Shown: positions 28,515 to 38,561 of the stretch, one piece after another
Layout of the letters: each line of letters starts with the position of its first letter
How positions within the stretch are numbered: position 1 is the stretch's first letter
NCBI GenBank assembly: GCA_964545075.1
Contig: CAZJFS010000005.1
Coordinates: 2,319-66,318, forward strand
Reading direction: 5' to 3'
DNA from: an uncultured bacterium
Lineage (GTDB): Bacteria > Muiribacteriota > UBA9980
DNA length: 64,000 bases
Made by a program: the position numbers and the translations under genes
Notes under the pieces: model-generated
What the model was told of the DNA's origin: nothing
Seen by the model: only the letters and a program-made list of their open reading frames with translations
Database searches by the model: none

Positions 28515-29804
28515 TTATTTCGTTTTTTCCGTTGATTTTTGGTAATTATTGTTGATTTTCGAATTATATCCGGTCAGAATCGATGACGTAATGCTTCCGG
28601 GAGTGGAGATGTCTACATAATTTTTAAGGGCGTCATTCGCTTTTTTCTGATCGTCGGCGGTGGCTGTTCCAGTAAATCTTTTTATCCCGAAGCCTAAATT
28701 TGAAAGAAACGCGTTGGCTGCCGCCGTAAACCTTTGAATGTAGGAACCGCGGGATTTGGGAGGCAGCGCGGCCGTCGTTGTTGCGGCGGGGGTGCTGGTA
28801 TCTTGCGGTTTTGCGGTGTCGGCTTGAGGTTTAGCGGCGGGATTATCCTTGGGAGATGTGACGTCAGGTTGCTGCGTAGCCGTGGAATCCTTGGGCTTGT
28901 CGCCGCCGGATTGTTGAGAGTTATCCTTGGGCGTTGCTATGCTGTCGGGTTGAGCAGCGGAATCCTTGGGCGGCGTGCCGCCAAGTTGCCCGTCGGCAGT
29001 CTGGGCGCCGGTATGCGCGTTGTTTTTTTGCGCGATATTTGTTACCATGGCCAGTTGCATCGCGTTATCGGTCTTTTTAAGCGAATTTATGGAAAGCAGA
29101 TCGTTAAGCTGGTTAGCGCCGAGGCCGGATGCCGCAAGATGCGCATCCTGACCGCCGTTGGTTTGAGGAACCCGGTTCAATATTTCAGGGCCGCCCGGCG
29201 CGTTTATTTTTTGAAGTATTTCGTTGATGTCGTTGGTGGTTTCAAGCGATTTAACTATGGCTAACTTGTTTTTCATGTTGGCTCGCTGTTTTTTCAGAAC
29301 ATCGAGTATTTTCTGGGGGGTTTTCGGAGAAATTTTCGAAGTTGGAAAATCATCCACTGAATAAAACGAGGCGAAGGTTGTGATGACTGAATTATACTTG
29401 TTTATAAGGGTTTCTACATATTTAAGGCGATAAAAAACGGCCCGGGTAGCGTTTGAAGATTTTACCATTATCCAGAGATCGAGGGCTTCGGGTTCGTCTT
29501 CGGCATCGTAGCATAAAAGCTCGCAGGTAAAGCCGTCGATCAGCGAAGCCTCATTAAATGCCTTGTCTTTGCAGGGCCTTTGGTCGAATCCCACGCTTTT
29601 AAGGTTCCACGCGAATTTATGAAAAGCCGAGCGCGTAATAAGTTCGGCCTTTAAAAGCGCCTCGCTTTTGGCCAGCTGATTTATTTCACCGATGTTTAGT
29701 ATGGATATGTTTGAAAGCGAAAGAGCGATGAAAGCCACAAGGACGATAACTATATAAACCGCCATGCCTTTTTTATTAAATGCATATGAATTTTGTTTTT
29801 TCAT
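28515..29804 (-). CDS. Membrane-anchored protein with a Pro/Thr/Gln-rich (PKD...) low-complexity region, in the pilin-like operon.
   Basis: An N-terminal TM anchor is present. The central region repeats TPPKDSAAQPDSIATPKDNSQ. No family was recognised. Confidence 0.45.
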   Translation of the reverse strand: MKKQNSYAFNKKGMAVYIVIVLVAFIALSLSNISILNIGEINQLAKSEALLKAELITRSAFHKFAWNLKSVGFDQRPCKDKAFNEASLIDGFTCELLCYDAEDEPEALDLWIMVKSSNATRAVFYRLKYVETLINKYNSVITTFASFYSVDDFPTSKISPKTPQKILDVLKKQRANMKNKLAIVKSLETTNDINEILQKINAPGGPEILNRVPQTNGGQDAHLAASGLGANQLNDLLSINSLKKTDNAMQLAMVTNIAQKNNAHTGAQTADGQLGGTPPKDSAAQPDSIATPKDNSQQSGGDKPKDSTATQQPDVTSPKDNPAAKPQADTAKPQDTSTPAATTTAALPPKSRGSYIQRFTAAANAFLSNLGFGIKRFTGTATADDQKKANDALKNYVDISTPGSITSSILTGYNSKINNNYQKSTEKTK

Positions 29805-29824
29805 AATCGATCCCCGCCTTTTTT

Positions 29825-30406
29825 TCAGTTAATGAATTCGCCGGCGTAGTAATTTTTAAGCGTAACCTGCGTTAATACGCTTATTTCTTCGTTCTTGTTG
29901 AACGTCGTCAGGTTGATGCCGATGGACCCCTCCGAAGCTGAAGTGAATACAAGTCTTTTTATGTTTGAAGCTACTTCGCGTTCAGATTCGACTTTTCCGG
30001 TAGTTGGATTTTTCGTGACGGAGTATAGTTTGAAGCCTTTTATAACGCTGCCGTCTTCCTGCTTGAAATCTTCGCTTTTCTGATAATAAACGGCGATCTT
30101 GCCGTCTTTATCGATGACTACGAGAAAGGGCGATGATGAACCGATCCCGGGTTTTACGACCTCCGAAGCGCAGGAAAGTTCATCTATAAATTTTATCTGA
30201 GTTCGCCTTGCGTCCTTTTGGACCTCGATCTTGTTTTTAAGCGACGACTTATTAGTTCCGGCTGTAAGCTGTAAAATTCCGTAAAAACCGGATATTACAA
30301 ATGAAAATATCATGAGCGAAACTATGAGTTCTACCGCGGTGAAGCCATTTTTACGCAAAATATTTCTCCTGCTTATAATTTTACAAAATAATCGAGTCCG
30401 AGTCAA
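29825..30406 (-). CDS. Type IV pilin-like protein (prepilin-type N-terminal cleavage/methylation domain).
   Basis: The motif RKNG|FTAVELIVSLMIF is the canonical G/FTxxE prepilin signal. Confidence 0.65.
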   Translation of the reverse strand: MTRTRLFCKIISRRNILRKNGFTAVELIVSLMIFSFVISGFYGILQLTAGTNKSSLKNKIEVQKDARRTQIKFIDELSCASEVVKPGIGSSSPFLVVIDKDGKIAVYYQKSEDFKQEDGSVIKGFKLYSVTKNPTTGKVESEREVASNIKRLVFTSASEGSIGINLTTFNKNEEISVLTQVTLKNYYAGEFIN

Positions 30407-30685
30407 ATTTAAAATCTTTCAGTCAGCGCTTTTTATCGAATTTATGCCTGTTGAAATGAAATCCCAGAGCGAAGAATATAGCTGCGAAAATATATGAGTC
30501 GGCGTTCATCCAGTTTAGAAATCTCATTAAATATTTCAACATTTTTAATTTAAGCCTTAAAGCCAAACGGATAGTCCAAAAGGCTAGTTTAAAGACTGGC
30601 GTTAGTGTATAAAAAATAATTTTTACAATCAATCTTATCACGCTATTTATTATATCAGAATGCTCCTATTAAATCAATAAATAAA

Positions 30686-32719
30686 TTATTTCCGGAAATC
30701 GATCCAGGGAGATATTGAAATTAAAAAGAGCCTGAAAAGCCAGCCTACGAAAAAGGCGTATGGAGTTATGAGCAAAAGTATCAATGTGGCGATCTTATAG
30801 CCGCGTTCCTTGACCATCATAAAAAAGGTCGCTATGCATGGGACGAAAAGCGTTATAACAACAAGTGCGACCATGATCTGCGCCGGATTTAAAAGACCTT
30901 TTTCCGAAAGCGTGTAAAGGCCGGCCGCGCCGTAATCGCGTCTTAAAAATCCCATTATAAAAGCGAAAGTCGCTTCCTTTGGAAGCCCGAGCATTCCGGT
31001 TATAACCGGCGAGAAAAATATTTCCAGGGCCTTTAAAAATCCGGTTTCCGCCAGAACAAAGAGTATGAAAGTGCCAGTGAGAAAAAGAGGAACAACCTCT
31101 TCAAGAAACCACAGGACGCGGTTATACGTTTTTTTTATTATGTTCCAGAGCTGTGGGAAGCGTATCGGCGGCAGTTCCATTATAAAAGGCGATGCGTCGC
31201 CCGGAATATAATAAGCCGAAAGCTTGCTCACTATTATCACCTGTAAAAGCACGACGAGAAATATCAAAACAGTAGCGTACCAGGCGATCTTAGCGGTCAA
31301 TCCCATCATTACGCCGAGCTGGGCGGAGCAGGGAATTCCCAGCGCCAGAATTATCGTCGCTATAAGCCGTTCTTTTTTCGAGTCGAGTATGCGCGTCGTA
31401 AGTATAGCCATGGTTCCGCATCCGAGGCCGAGAACTATTGGCAATATGGCTTTTCCGTTTAATCCGATATGCTTGAATATGAGATCGGATAAGACGGTGA
31501 GACGCGGGAGATATCCAGAATCCTCGAGGAAGCTGAACGAGAAAAAGAACGTGAACATGATAGGAAGCACTATCGCGATGGCGTAGGTCATGCCCATCGT
31601 TAGAAGTCCGTATTCGCCGACGAACATACGTGTCACGATATTTTTATGGCCGAAAACCGCGTCGAAGAAATTTATGAAGAACGGATTAATGTAGCCGCCC
31701 TGCGCGACGCCGTCTCTTACGCGGCCGAAAATGGTGGTTTGAAGATAATCGACGCATGTCCCGGCGCCGAAAATTCCGACGAACAGGTAGAGGATGTATA
31801 AGACCGCTATGAATATTAAAGACCCGGTTTTAATATCGGTGAGCCACAGTCCGAGGTTGTGGCGGAAAGTTCTTTTTTTATCGGGCTCCGCTATGGTGTA
31901 AACGGAACTAATGATATTTTCAATCGATTTTTCGCGGGACTCGAAGATAGACGAGGACAGCGCCGAAAGTTCCCCGGGCGGAAACGCCGTTAAAACATTT
32001 TCAAGTTCCGCCGCGTTTGATTCGTCAAAATGTTTAAGCACCGATCGGTCGCCGGATATAAGCATTAGAGCGGCCGGCCTTTTGAATCTGAATTCTTTTG
32101 GCATCAGGTCGCATAATTTACGGCAGATATTTTCGACTTTTTCACTGTAGTCGATCGTCAGGCCGCTTCGCGAGAATTCGCTCATGCTTTTTTTCAGTTC
32201 GCCCAGTCCTTTTTTCAGTATCGCCGTTGTGCAGACCACCGCGATATCGCCAAGCATGGATGATAGCTTGGCTTTATTTATGAATATTCCGCGTTCTTCG
32301 GCCTCGTCTTCCATGTTCAGGTTTAATATAAGCGGAATCTTCATTTCGATGAGTTCGAACGTGATGAGAAGGGAACGCCGGAGATTTTTATAATCGGCGA
32401 CCTGTAACGCGAAATTAATGTCTTCGCGCCATAACACGTCGCGCGTTACTTCTTCGTCCTCGCTTTTAGGTATGAGGGAGTTCGTGCCCGGAGTGTCGAT
32501 TATTTCAACGCTCATGTTTGAATTCATGGGCATTTTACCTGAACTTATATCGACGGTCGTGCCGGGATAATTTGACACGACGACGTACTGGCCGGTCAAA
32601 AGATTGAACGTCACTGATTTTCCAACGTTAGGATTCCCGACGAGAGCTATTTTTGAGTTGGCGTCAGCGGTAAAGCACTGTATGTGATTGTTTTCCGGAT
32701 TTGTATTCAGCTCATTCAT
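30686..32719 (-). CDS. feoB: Ferrous iron transporter FeoB.
   Basis: The N-terminal G-domain IALVGNPNVGKSVTFNLLTG...YPGTTVD is followed by a polytopic membrane domain. Confidence 0.9.
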   Translation of the reverse strand: MNELNTNPENNHIQCFTADANSKIALVGNPNVGKSVTFNLLTGQYVVVSNYPGTTVDISSGKMPMNSNMSVEIIDTPGTNSLIPKSEDEEVTRDVLWREDINFALQVADYKNLRRSLLITFELIEMKIPLILNLNMEDEAEERGIFINKAKLSSMLGDIAVVCTTAILKKGLGELKKSMSEFSRSGLTIDYSEKVENICRKLCDLMPKEFRFKRPAALMLISGDRSVLKHFDESNAAELENVLTAFPPGELSALSSSIFESREKSIENIISSVYTIAEPDKKRTFRHNLGLWLTDIKTGSLIFIAVLYILYLFVGIFGAGTCVDYLQTTIFGRVRDGVAQGGYINPFFINFFDAVFGHKNIVTRMFVGEYGLLTMGMTYAIAIVLPIMFTFFFSFSFLEDSGYLPRLTVLSDLIFKHIGLNGKAILPIVLGLGCGTMAILTTRILDSKKERLIATIILALGIPCSAQLGVMMGLTAKIAWYATVLIFLVVLLQVIIVSKLSAYYIPGDASPFIMELPPIRFPQLWNIIKKTYNRVLWFLEEVVPLFLTGTFILFVLAETGFLKALEIFFSPVITGMLGLPKEATFAFIMGFLRRDYGAAGLYTLSEKGLLNPAQIMVALVVITLFVPCIATFFMMVKERGYKIATLILLLITPYAFFVGWLFRLFLISISPWIDFRK

Positions 32720-32734
32720 TTTTAAACCGTCTTT

Positions 32735-33178
32735 CTATTTGTTTTTCGTGCGGCATGTTCGGCAGACGCCGTAGAGCTCCATCCGATGTCTTGATATTTC
32801 AAATCCATTTTCCGAAGCGACTTTTTCCTGGAGTTTTTCGAGTTTTTCGGAGTAGAATTCGACTATCTTTCCGCATTTTTCGCAGAGGAGATGATCGTGG
32901 TGGCCTTCGGCGGTTCCAGCCTTTTGTAGTTGATAATAGGACTTGTTATCCTGCAGCTTCATTTTGCTTATCAGGCGAGTCTTCTCCAGAAAGACTATGT
33001 TCCGGAAGACGGTGGCGCCTGAAACCGCCGGATTATTGGCGCGCGCCTCGGCGAGGATCTGTTCGAGGTTGATGTGCTCGCGTGAATGCCTCAAAAGAAC
33101 GTCGATGATGACGCTTCGCTGAGCGGTCATTTTAAGGCCCGATGTTTTGAAATGGAGAGTTATATAGCTTTTATTCAT
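32735..33178 (-). CDS. fur: Fur-family metalloregulator.
   Basis: The HHDHLLC and CGKIVEF...C metal-binding motifs are present. It is 147 aa and sits immediately upstream of feoB. Confidence 0.8.
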   Translation of the reverse strand: MNKSYITLHFKTSGLKMTAQRSVIIDVLLRHSREHINLEQILAEARANNPAVSGATVFRNIVFLEKTRLISKMKLQDNKSYYQLQKAGTAEGHHDHLLCEKCGKIVEFYSEKLEKLQEKVASENGFEISRHRMELYGVCRTCRTKNK

Positions 33179-33187
33179 GTCGCCCGC

Positions 33188-33220
33188 CTTTGTAAATGAA
33201 AGTCATTTTCATTTACAAAG
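33188..33220. promoter_or_regulatory. Fur-box-like perfect palindrome CTTTGTAAATGAAA-gtcat-TTTCATTTACAAAG.
   Basis: A 14-bp perfect inverted repeat lies immediately upstream of fur. The core AATGAAAgtcaTTTCATT resembles the Fur box AATGATAATCATTATC. Confidence 0.6.
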
Positions 33221-33313
33221 TTATTTTAACATGGAGCGGTTGGAATGTCAACATGAATTTTCAGACACGTGATTTTTCGGAAACATTTTAATCGGGCTGC
33301 GGTTTTATAAGTT

Positions 33314-34651
33314 TTAATTTATAATGCCTATAAAAAAGTCGTTGACGTTATGTCCGGTATGGCCGGTTCGTATGAGGCCGCCGTATTTTTTAAAAAAATC
33401 ATGGCTCGCGAAACTTGCGGCATAGTTGCTTATAATTTCCGGTCCGATTTTTAACGCGGTTCCGGCTTCAAGCACGGCTCCGGCGGAATCGGTGAAGCCG
33501 TCGGCGCCGTCGCTCGCGAATGCCGCTACCGATATTTTTCGCCAGTTTTCGATTCCCGATTCGCCGATCGCCTTCGCGCAGAGAAGAACGAAATGCTGGC
33601 ATCGCCCGCCTTCCTTATTTCCGGTAACTTTGACGGGCGCCTCGCCTCCCGCGATGAAGCAGGTTTTATTCCTGGCAGTTGCGGCTAACTTTAAAAGGCT
33701 TTTCATGAAAGCTCCGGCCTCGGTTTCGACCGGACCTGTTAATCGCCGCTTTGAAATGATCATGTTATAACCGAGGCTGGAAAGCTCGAGGGAAAACGCT
33801 TTCAGCATTTTCGAATTGTCGCCGATCACGAAATATTTCGGACTTGCGGCCGTATTGACCTCGGCTGTTTTTTCGGATTCGAATCCGGCTTTTTGTCTTA
33901 AATGCCGGACGACGTTTTTGGGGCACGGCGCCAATATATTATATTTTTTTAATATATCCAGCGCTTCAGAGGCGCTGTTGATATGCGGCCATGTCGGGCC
34001 GGAGGCGATATCGCCGGGCCCGCCGCCGATAACGTCGGATATCGCGAGCGTTATTATTGGCGCTTTCGTCAGCTTCAGAAGTTTTCCGCCCTTGACCTTC
34101 GATAGCGCCTTGCGCACAACGTTTACTTCGGCGACGCTCGCTCCTGAAGATAGAAGCAGACCGTTGGTTTTTATCAGTTCGGAAAGTTCGACCGCGCCGT
34201 CAGGTATTTCAAAAAAAGACGACCCGCCTCCCGAAACAAGGCATAGCACGGTATCGGATTCGCTCATTGAAAGATGGAAATCGACGAGTTTTTGCGAGGC
34301 GATAATGGTCCGGCAGTTCGGCAGCGGATGCGACGAAGCGAGGATACTGATGCCGTGCGGTAATTTTTTATCATCGTAGCTTAGAAGCAAACCTTTTTCG
34401 ATCGCGTCGCCGAAGATTTCCGACACGCCCTTCGCCATCGCTTCGGCGCATTTTCCAAACCCGGAAATGAAAAGTTTCCCTTCGCCGAGACTGAATTTTC
34501 TTGCGCCGATCGCAATAGAGCGGCTCTTATCTCTGAATGAAACCGACCGTTTGATCCATTCGGCCGCGGATTCTGCATTAACGGCGCGATTTATCGCGGA
34601 AATCAATTCCGCGTGTATAATTTCATTATCCATGGTCTGAAATGATAACAT
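33314..34651 (-). CDS. Glycerate 2-kinase (MOFRL / DUF4147 family).
   Basis: The architecture and motifs match hydroxypyruvate reductase/glycerate kinase-like MOFRL proteins. The size is 445 aa. Confidence 0.6.
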   Translation of the reverse strand: MLSFQTMDNEIIHAELISAINRAVNAESAAEWIKRSVSFRDKSRSIAIGARKFSLGEGKLFISGFGKCAEAMAKGVSEIFGDAIEKGLLLSYDDKKLPHGISILASSHPLPNCRTIIASQKLVDFHLSMSESDTVLCLVSGGGSSFFEIPDGAVELSELIKTNGLLLSSGASVAEVNVVRKALSKVKGGKLLKLTKAPIITLAISDVIGGGPGDIASGPTWPHINSASEALDILKKYNILAPCPKNVVRHLRQKAGFESEKTAEVNTAASPKYFVIGDNSKMLKAFSLELSSLGYNMIISKRRLTGPVETEAGAFMKSLLKLAATARNKTCFIAGGEAPVKVTGNKEGGRCQHFVLLCAKAIGESGIENWRKISVAAFASDGADGFTDSAGAVLEAGTALKIGPEIISNYAASFASHDFFKKYGGLIRTGHTGHNVNDFFIGIIN

Positions 34652-34775
34652 ATGGCTCGGTTATTTTCAATGCCGGCCTTAAAAATAGTTGAATAAGTAT
34701 GTTGAAATATGAAAAAACTTATGATATAATAAGCGCAATAGTTTTTGTACCATCAAAAAATTAAGGGGGATACAC

Positions 34776-36866
34776 ATGAAGGTATTTCAAACTGACAAAG
34801 TAAGGAATTTATGCACACTGGGCCATTCAGGCTCGGGCAAAACCTGCCTCACGGAAGCTATGCTTTTTACGACCAGTACGATAACAAGGCTCGGCCAGTC
34901 TGATAATGGAACGCTTACATGCGATTTTGATGACAGCGAAATAAAAAGAAAATCGTCTATTTCAATGGCAATGGCTCCTTTCGAATACAAAGACCACAAA
35001 ATAAATATGCTCGATACTCCGGGCTATGACGAATATATCGGTGAGGTTTTAAAGACGATGCGCGCCGCTGACGCCGCCGTTATTACCCTTGCCGCGGATT
35101 CAGGCGTCGAAGTCGGCACCGAAAAAGCTTTCGATTATGTCGAGAACGCCAAGCTCCCAAGAATATTTTTTATAAATAAAATGGACAAGGAAAATGCTGA
35201 TTACGACAAAGTTTTCAACGATATAAAGGCGAAACTTACCCTTAAGATACTCGCCGTTACTATCCCGATCGGAAAAGCCGCCGGATTTAAAGGCGTAGTT
35301 GATATTATAAAAATGAAGGCATTCATGTTCTCGGGCGACGGAAAAACAATGAAGGAAGAAGCGATCCCGGCCGATATGGACGGCGCGGCTAAAAAATACC
35401 GTGAGATCATGCTTGAAGCGGCCGCCGAAGCGGATGACGAACTCGGCATGAAATATCTCGAGGGCGCGGAAATATCCGATGCCGAAGTTCAGAAAGCTCT
35501 CTCTACGGGTATCCGCGAAGGTAAAGTATTTCCGGTTCTCGCCGGATGCGCCACGACCAACTTTGGCATCCAGCCTCTTCTTGATTTCATCATAGGCTAT
35601 ATGCCCAATCCAGCGCAGCGCCCCACGCTCGAATGCAAAAATATAAAAACGGATGCCGTTGAAACGCGTTCATTTAAAGATTCCGAACATCTTTCGATCT
35701 TCGTATTCAAAGTGTTCAGCGAACCCGGCCTCGGCGAATTATATTACACCAAAGTTATGTCCGGCGTTCTTAAATCCGGCATAGACCTTATAAATACCCA
35801 TTCCGAACAATCCGAACGCATAGGCACGCTCTATACTCTTCGCGGCAAGAATCGTGAAGACGTGGCCGAACTTCATTCAGGCGATATCGGCGTCATAGTT
35901 AAGCTTAAGGCCACCAAGACTTCCGATACACTGGCTGATTCCGCTTCCAGGGTAGCTTTTGAAAGAATATCATTTCCCGAACCTCTGTACAGCCTCGCGA
36001 TAGTTCCTAAAACCAAGGATGATTCGCAGAAGATGTCGACGTCGCTTTCAAAGATCGCGGATGAAGATCCTACGTTCAAAGTTCCGCCTCCGAACGAATT
36101 CGGCCAGACCATCATTTCAGGCATGGGCGAAATACACGTTGAAATGGTGCTCGATAAAATACGCAGAAAATTTAATGTCGGTTGCGATATTCAGCCCATC
36201 AGAATAGCTTATCGCGAAACGATAAGAAAGACCTCCAAAGCCCAGGGCAAGTTCAAAAGACAGTCGGGCGGCCGCGGCCAGTTCGGCGATTGCCATCTTG
36301 AGCTTAAACCGAACGTCGGAAAAGGCTTCGAATTCCTTGATAAAATCGTCGGCGGTTCCGTGCCAAAACAGTTTATCGGGCCCGTTGAAAAAGGCGTCGT
36401 CGGTAAAATGGTCGAAGGCGTTATCGCCGGTTATCCCGTTATCGACGTATCGGTAACCATTTATGACGGATCGTATCACGATGTCGATTCATCGGCTCAG
36501 GCATTTGAAATTGCAGGCTCAATGGGTTTCAAGAACGCTTTCGTTGAAGCCGCCCCATATATTCTCGAACCGATATATATGATCGAAGTCGTCGTTCCCG
36601 ACGAATACATGGGCGCCATCATGGGCGATCTCAACTCACGCCGTGGAAAGATCATGGGTATGGAAGCCAGCGGCAAGAAACAGGAGATCAAAGCTCAGGT
36701 GCCGTACTCGGAGCTTATAACATACGTTACGAACCTGCGTTCGCTCACTCAGGGCCGCGGTATGTTCAAAATGACATTCGATCATTATGAACAGGCTCCT
36801 GAAAACGTATCGCAGAATCTTATCACCGAATACGAAAAAGCTAGAGAAGCCGGCGCTTCCAAATAA
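34776..36866 (+). CDS. Elongation factor G-family GTPase (EF-G paralog with a divergent G1 motif).
   Basis: The G-domain motifs are GHSGSGKT and DTPGYDEY. Domain IV SGGRGQFGDCHLE matches EF-G SGGRGQYGHV. The size is 696 aa. Confidence 0.75.
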   Translation: MKVFQTDKVRNLCTLGHSGSGKTCLTEAMLFTTSTITRLGQSDNGTLTCDFDDSEIKRKSSISMAMAPFEYKDHKINMLDTPGYDEYIGEVLKTMRAADAAVITLAADSGVEVGTEKAFDYVENAKLPRIFFINKMDKENADYDKVFNDIKAKLTLKILAVTIPIGKAAGFKGVVDIIKMKAFMFSGDGKTMKEEAIPADMDGAAKKYREIMLEAAAEADDELGMKYLEGAEISDAEVQKALSTGIREGKVFPVLAGCATTNFGIQPLLDFIIGYMPNPAQRPTLECKNIKTDAVETRSFKDSEHLSIFVFKVFSEPGLGELYYTKVMSGVLKSGIDLINTHSEQSERIGTLYTLRGKNREDVAELHSGDIGVIVKLKATKTSDTLADSASRVAFERISFPEPLYSLAIVPKTKDDSQKMSTSLSKIADEDPTFKVPPPNEFGQTIISGMGEIHVEMVLDKIRRKFNVGCDIQPIRIAYRETIRKTSKAQGKFKRQSGGRGQFGDCHLELKPNVGKGFEFLDKIVGGSVPKQFIGPVEKGVVGKMVEGVIAGYPVIDVSVTIYDGSYHDVDSSAQAFEIAGSMGFKNAFVEAAPYILEPIYMIEVVVPDEYMGAIMGDLNSRRGKIMGMEASGKKQEIKAQVPYSELITYVTNLRSLTQGRGMFKMTFDHYEQAPENVSQNLITEYEKAREAGASK

Positions 36867-36899
36867 TTAAGCCATCGTAAGCAACTGAATAAATAAAAA

Positions 36900-36931
36900 G
36901 GCGTTACCGTTAAAAGTAGCGCCTTTTTTTT
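36900..36931 (+). terminator. Rho-independent terminator after the EF-G-like gene.
   Basis: GGCGTTAC-cgttaaaa-GTAGCGCC followed by TTTTTTTT. Confidence 0.65.
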
Positions 36932-37169
36932 ATTTATTCGTTTTTATGCGAAAAGTATTTTTTATGAATAAAAAGCCCGCCCTGAAATCAGAAAAATCCA
37001 TAAAACCGCATTAAAAATCTTTGACGCCCCGTTTAAAGGATATCTCGTAATATGGCGGTCATGACGGTGAATATAGAATAGCCGGAGTTTCCGATGGGCG
37101 CGTTCACGCGAACGCCATTATCGCGAAACCAGGTTATCGAATTTTCGGCGCGGTAAGAAGGAGGACCGT

Positions 37170-38561
37170 TTATTTTTCCTTGGGAAATATTCTTTCCAGC
37201 TCTTTTTTATGATATTGCTTCATTTCATCATAACTCGACATTCCATCGAGGAAATTGCGTTTCATCGGAAAATAGCGTGGATTGAAATGCGTCATATAAA
37301 TATGAAAGACCATCGTGCCGATAAAAGCGAGGATGGCTTCGAATCCATGGATGGCTCTGGCGATATCGATCGCGATAATCGGCGTGAAAGGCAATATCGC
37401 CTCATGATACCACATGATGGAACCGGTCGCTATCATAAGAGTGCATCCCCAGCAAGCGGCAAAATAGTCGAATTTTTCAAGGTATGTGTATCTGTCGAAG
37501 TTAAAATTCCCTGGCCGGCCCCGAAATAGCGATATCCAGTCTTCGATGCCGTCGTAAAGATCGTCCGGATTTGGTATAAAGTGTTTTATTTCAAAGCGGC
37601 CGTTGCGCGTGAAAACGATAAAAAGAATATGCCATGCGCAGAATATTATCAGGCCGGATGCGGCGATTTTATGAATTATGACGTTCGCCGGAAAGCTTAT
37701 AAGATTTTTAAAGTAGAATTCTGAAATGAAAAAATTGCTGAACATCTGCGCCAGGCCGGTTATGGAAAGAGTTATGGAGGAAGTCAGCAGCAGAATATGC
37801 TGGCATCTAAAATTTTTGCTCCATCGGAGGAATTTGACTTTATGCCGTAAATGCTTTGGAATGGTTTTGTCGTATTCGGGGAATTTTTCCGGCCGCATCG
37901 TATCGACGATCATTTCCTGATCCGGGCCCGCCTCCTCTCGTTCTGACGTTTCCGGCGTTATCGTTTCGGTTTTTTTATTTTTTCTTTCGAATCTTTTGGC
38001 ATTATACCATCTGTTGACGTCCAGAACTATATAAAACATGAACATTATGGACGTCAATATGATAGCGGCTATGAAGAAGCGCGCTACCCACATTGTTATC
38101 CAACGCCCGCGTTTTTTTTCGAGGTTTTTATGATGAAAGACTGTTTTCCATTCCGTGAACCCGGCGTTATGATGTTTTTCGCCGGGTTTATGATCGTCAT
38201 ATACGTGACATGGCAGGCAATCTATTTTTTTTATTTCTTCCGGTTTGTGAGGAAAACCGGTAATGGCCTTATGACACTCAACGCATTTAAGCTTGCCGCC
38301 ATGGACGGGATTGGCCAGAGTGCTTTTATCTATACAAACGCCCTTCGGTTCGGCTGATCCGCCGCCTGCCTTGAGGTTGGTATTGCCATGGCACGAAACG
38401 CATTGCGGCGCCTCTTGATTTTGATCCGCCGCGGTGGCATAACTTGGAAGCGTGACCGCCGATATGTAAACGCAGGTAGCTAATATCGCTAATATTGAAT
38501 ATTTTCCACTCTTGAAAATGTATCCCGGATCGTAAGTAAAAGTCTGTTTCATTTCATCCAA
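37170..38561 (-). CDS. Membrane cytochrome: an N-terminal tri-haem c-type domain fused to a cytochrome b-type transmembrane domain.
   Basis: Three CxxCH motifs are present (CVSCH, CVECH, CLPCH). These are followed by multiple TM helices with conserved His residues. Confidence 0.6.
   Translation of the reverse strand: MDEMKQTFTYDPGYIFKSGKYSILAILATCVYISAVTLPSYATAADQNQEAPQCVSCHGNTNLKAGGGSAEPKGVCIDKSTLANPVHGGKLKCVECHKAITGFPHKPEEIKKIDCLPCHVYDDHKPGEKHHNAGFTEWKTVFHHKNLEKKRGRWITMWVARFFIAAIILTSIMFMFYIVLDVNRWYNAKRFERKNKKTETITPETSEREEAGPDQEMIVDTMRPEKFPEYDKTIPKHLRHKVKFLRWSKNFRCQHILLLTSSITLSITGLAQMFSNFFISEFYFKNLISFPANVIIHKIAASGLIIFCAWHILFIVFTRNGRFEIKHFIPNPDDLYDGIEDWISLFRGRPGNFNFDRYTYLEKFDYFAACWGCTLMIATGSIMWYHEAILPFTPIIAIDIARAIHGFEAILAFIGTMVFHIYMTHFNPRYFPMKRNFLDGMSSYDEMKQYHKKELERIFPKEK

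Noticed and set aside
30423-30641. 72-aa hydrophobic ORF in the pilin–feoB intergenic region.
   Set aside because: No RBS and no recognisable motif. The region more likely holds the promoter of the pilin-like operon. It cannot be excluded as a small membrane protein.
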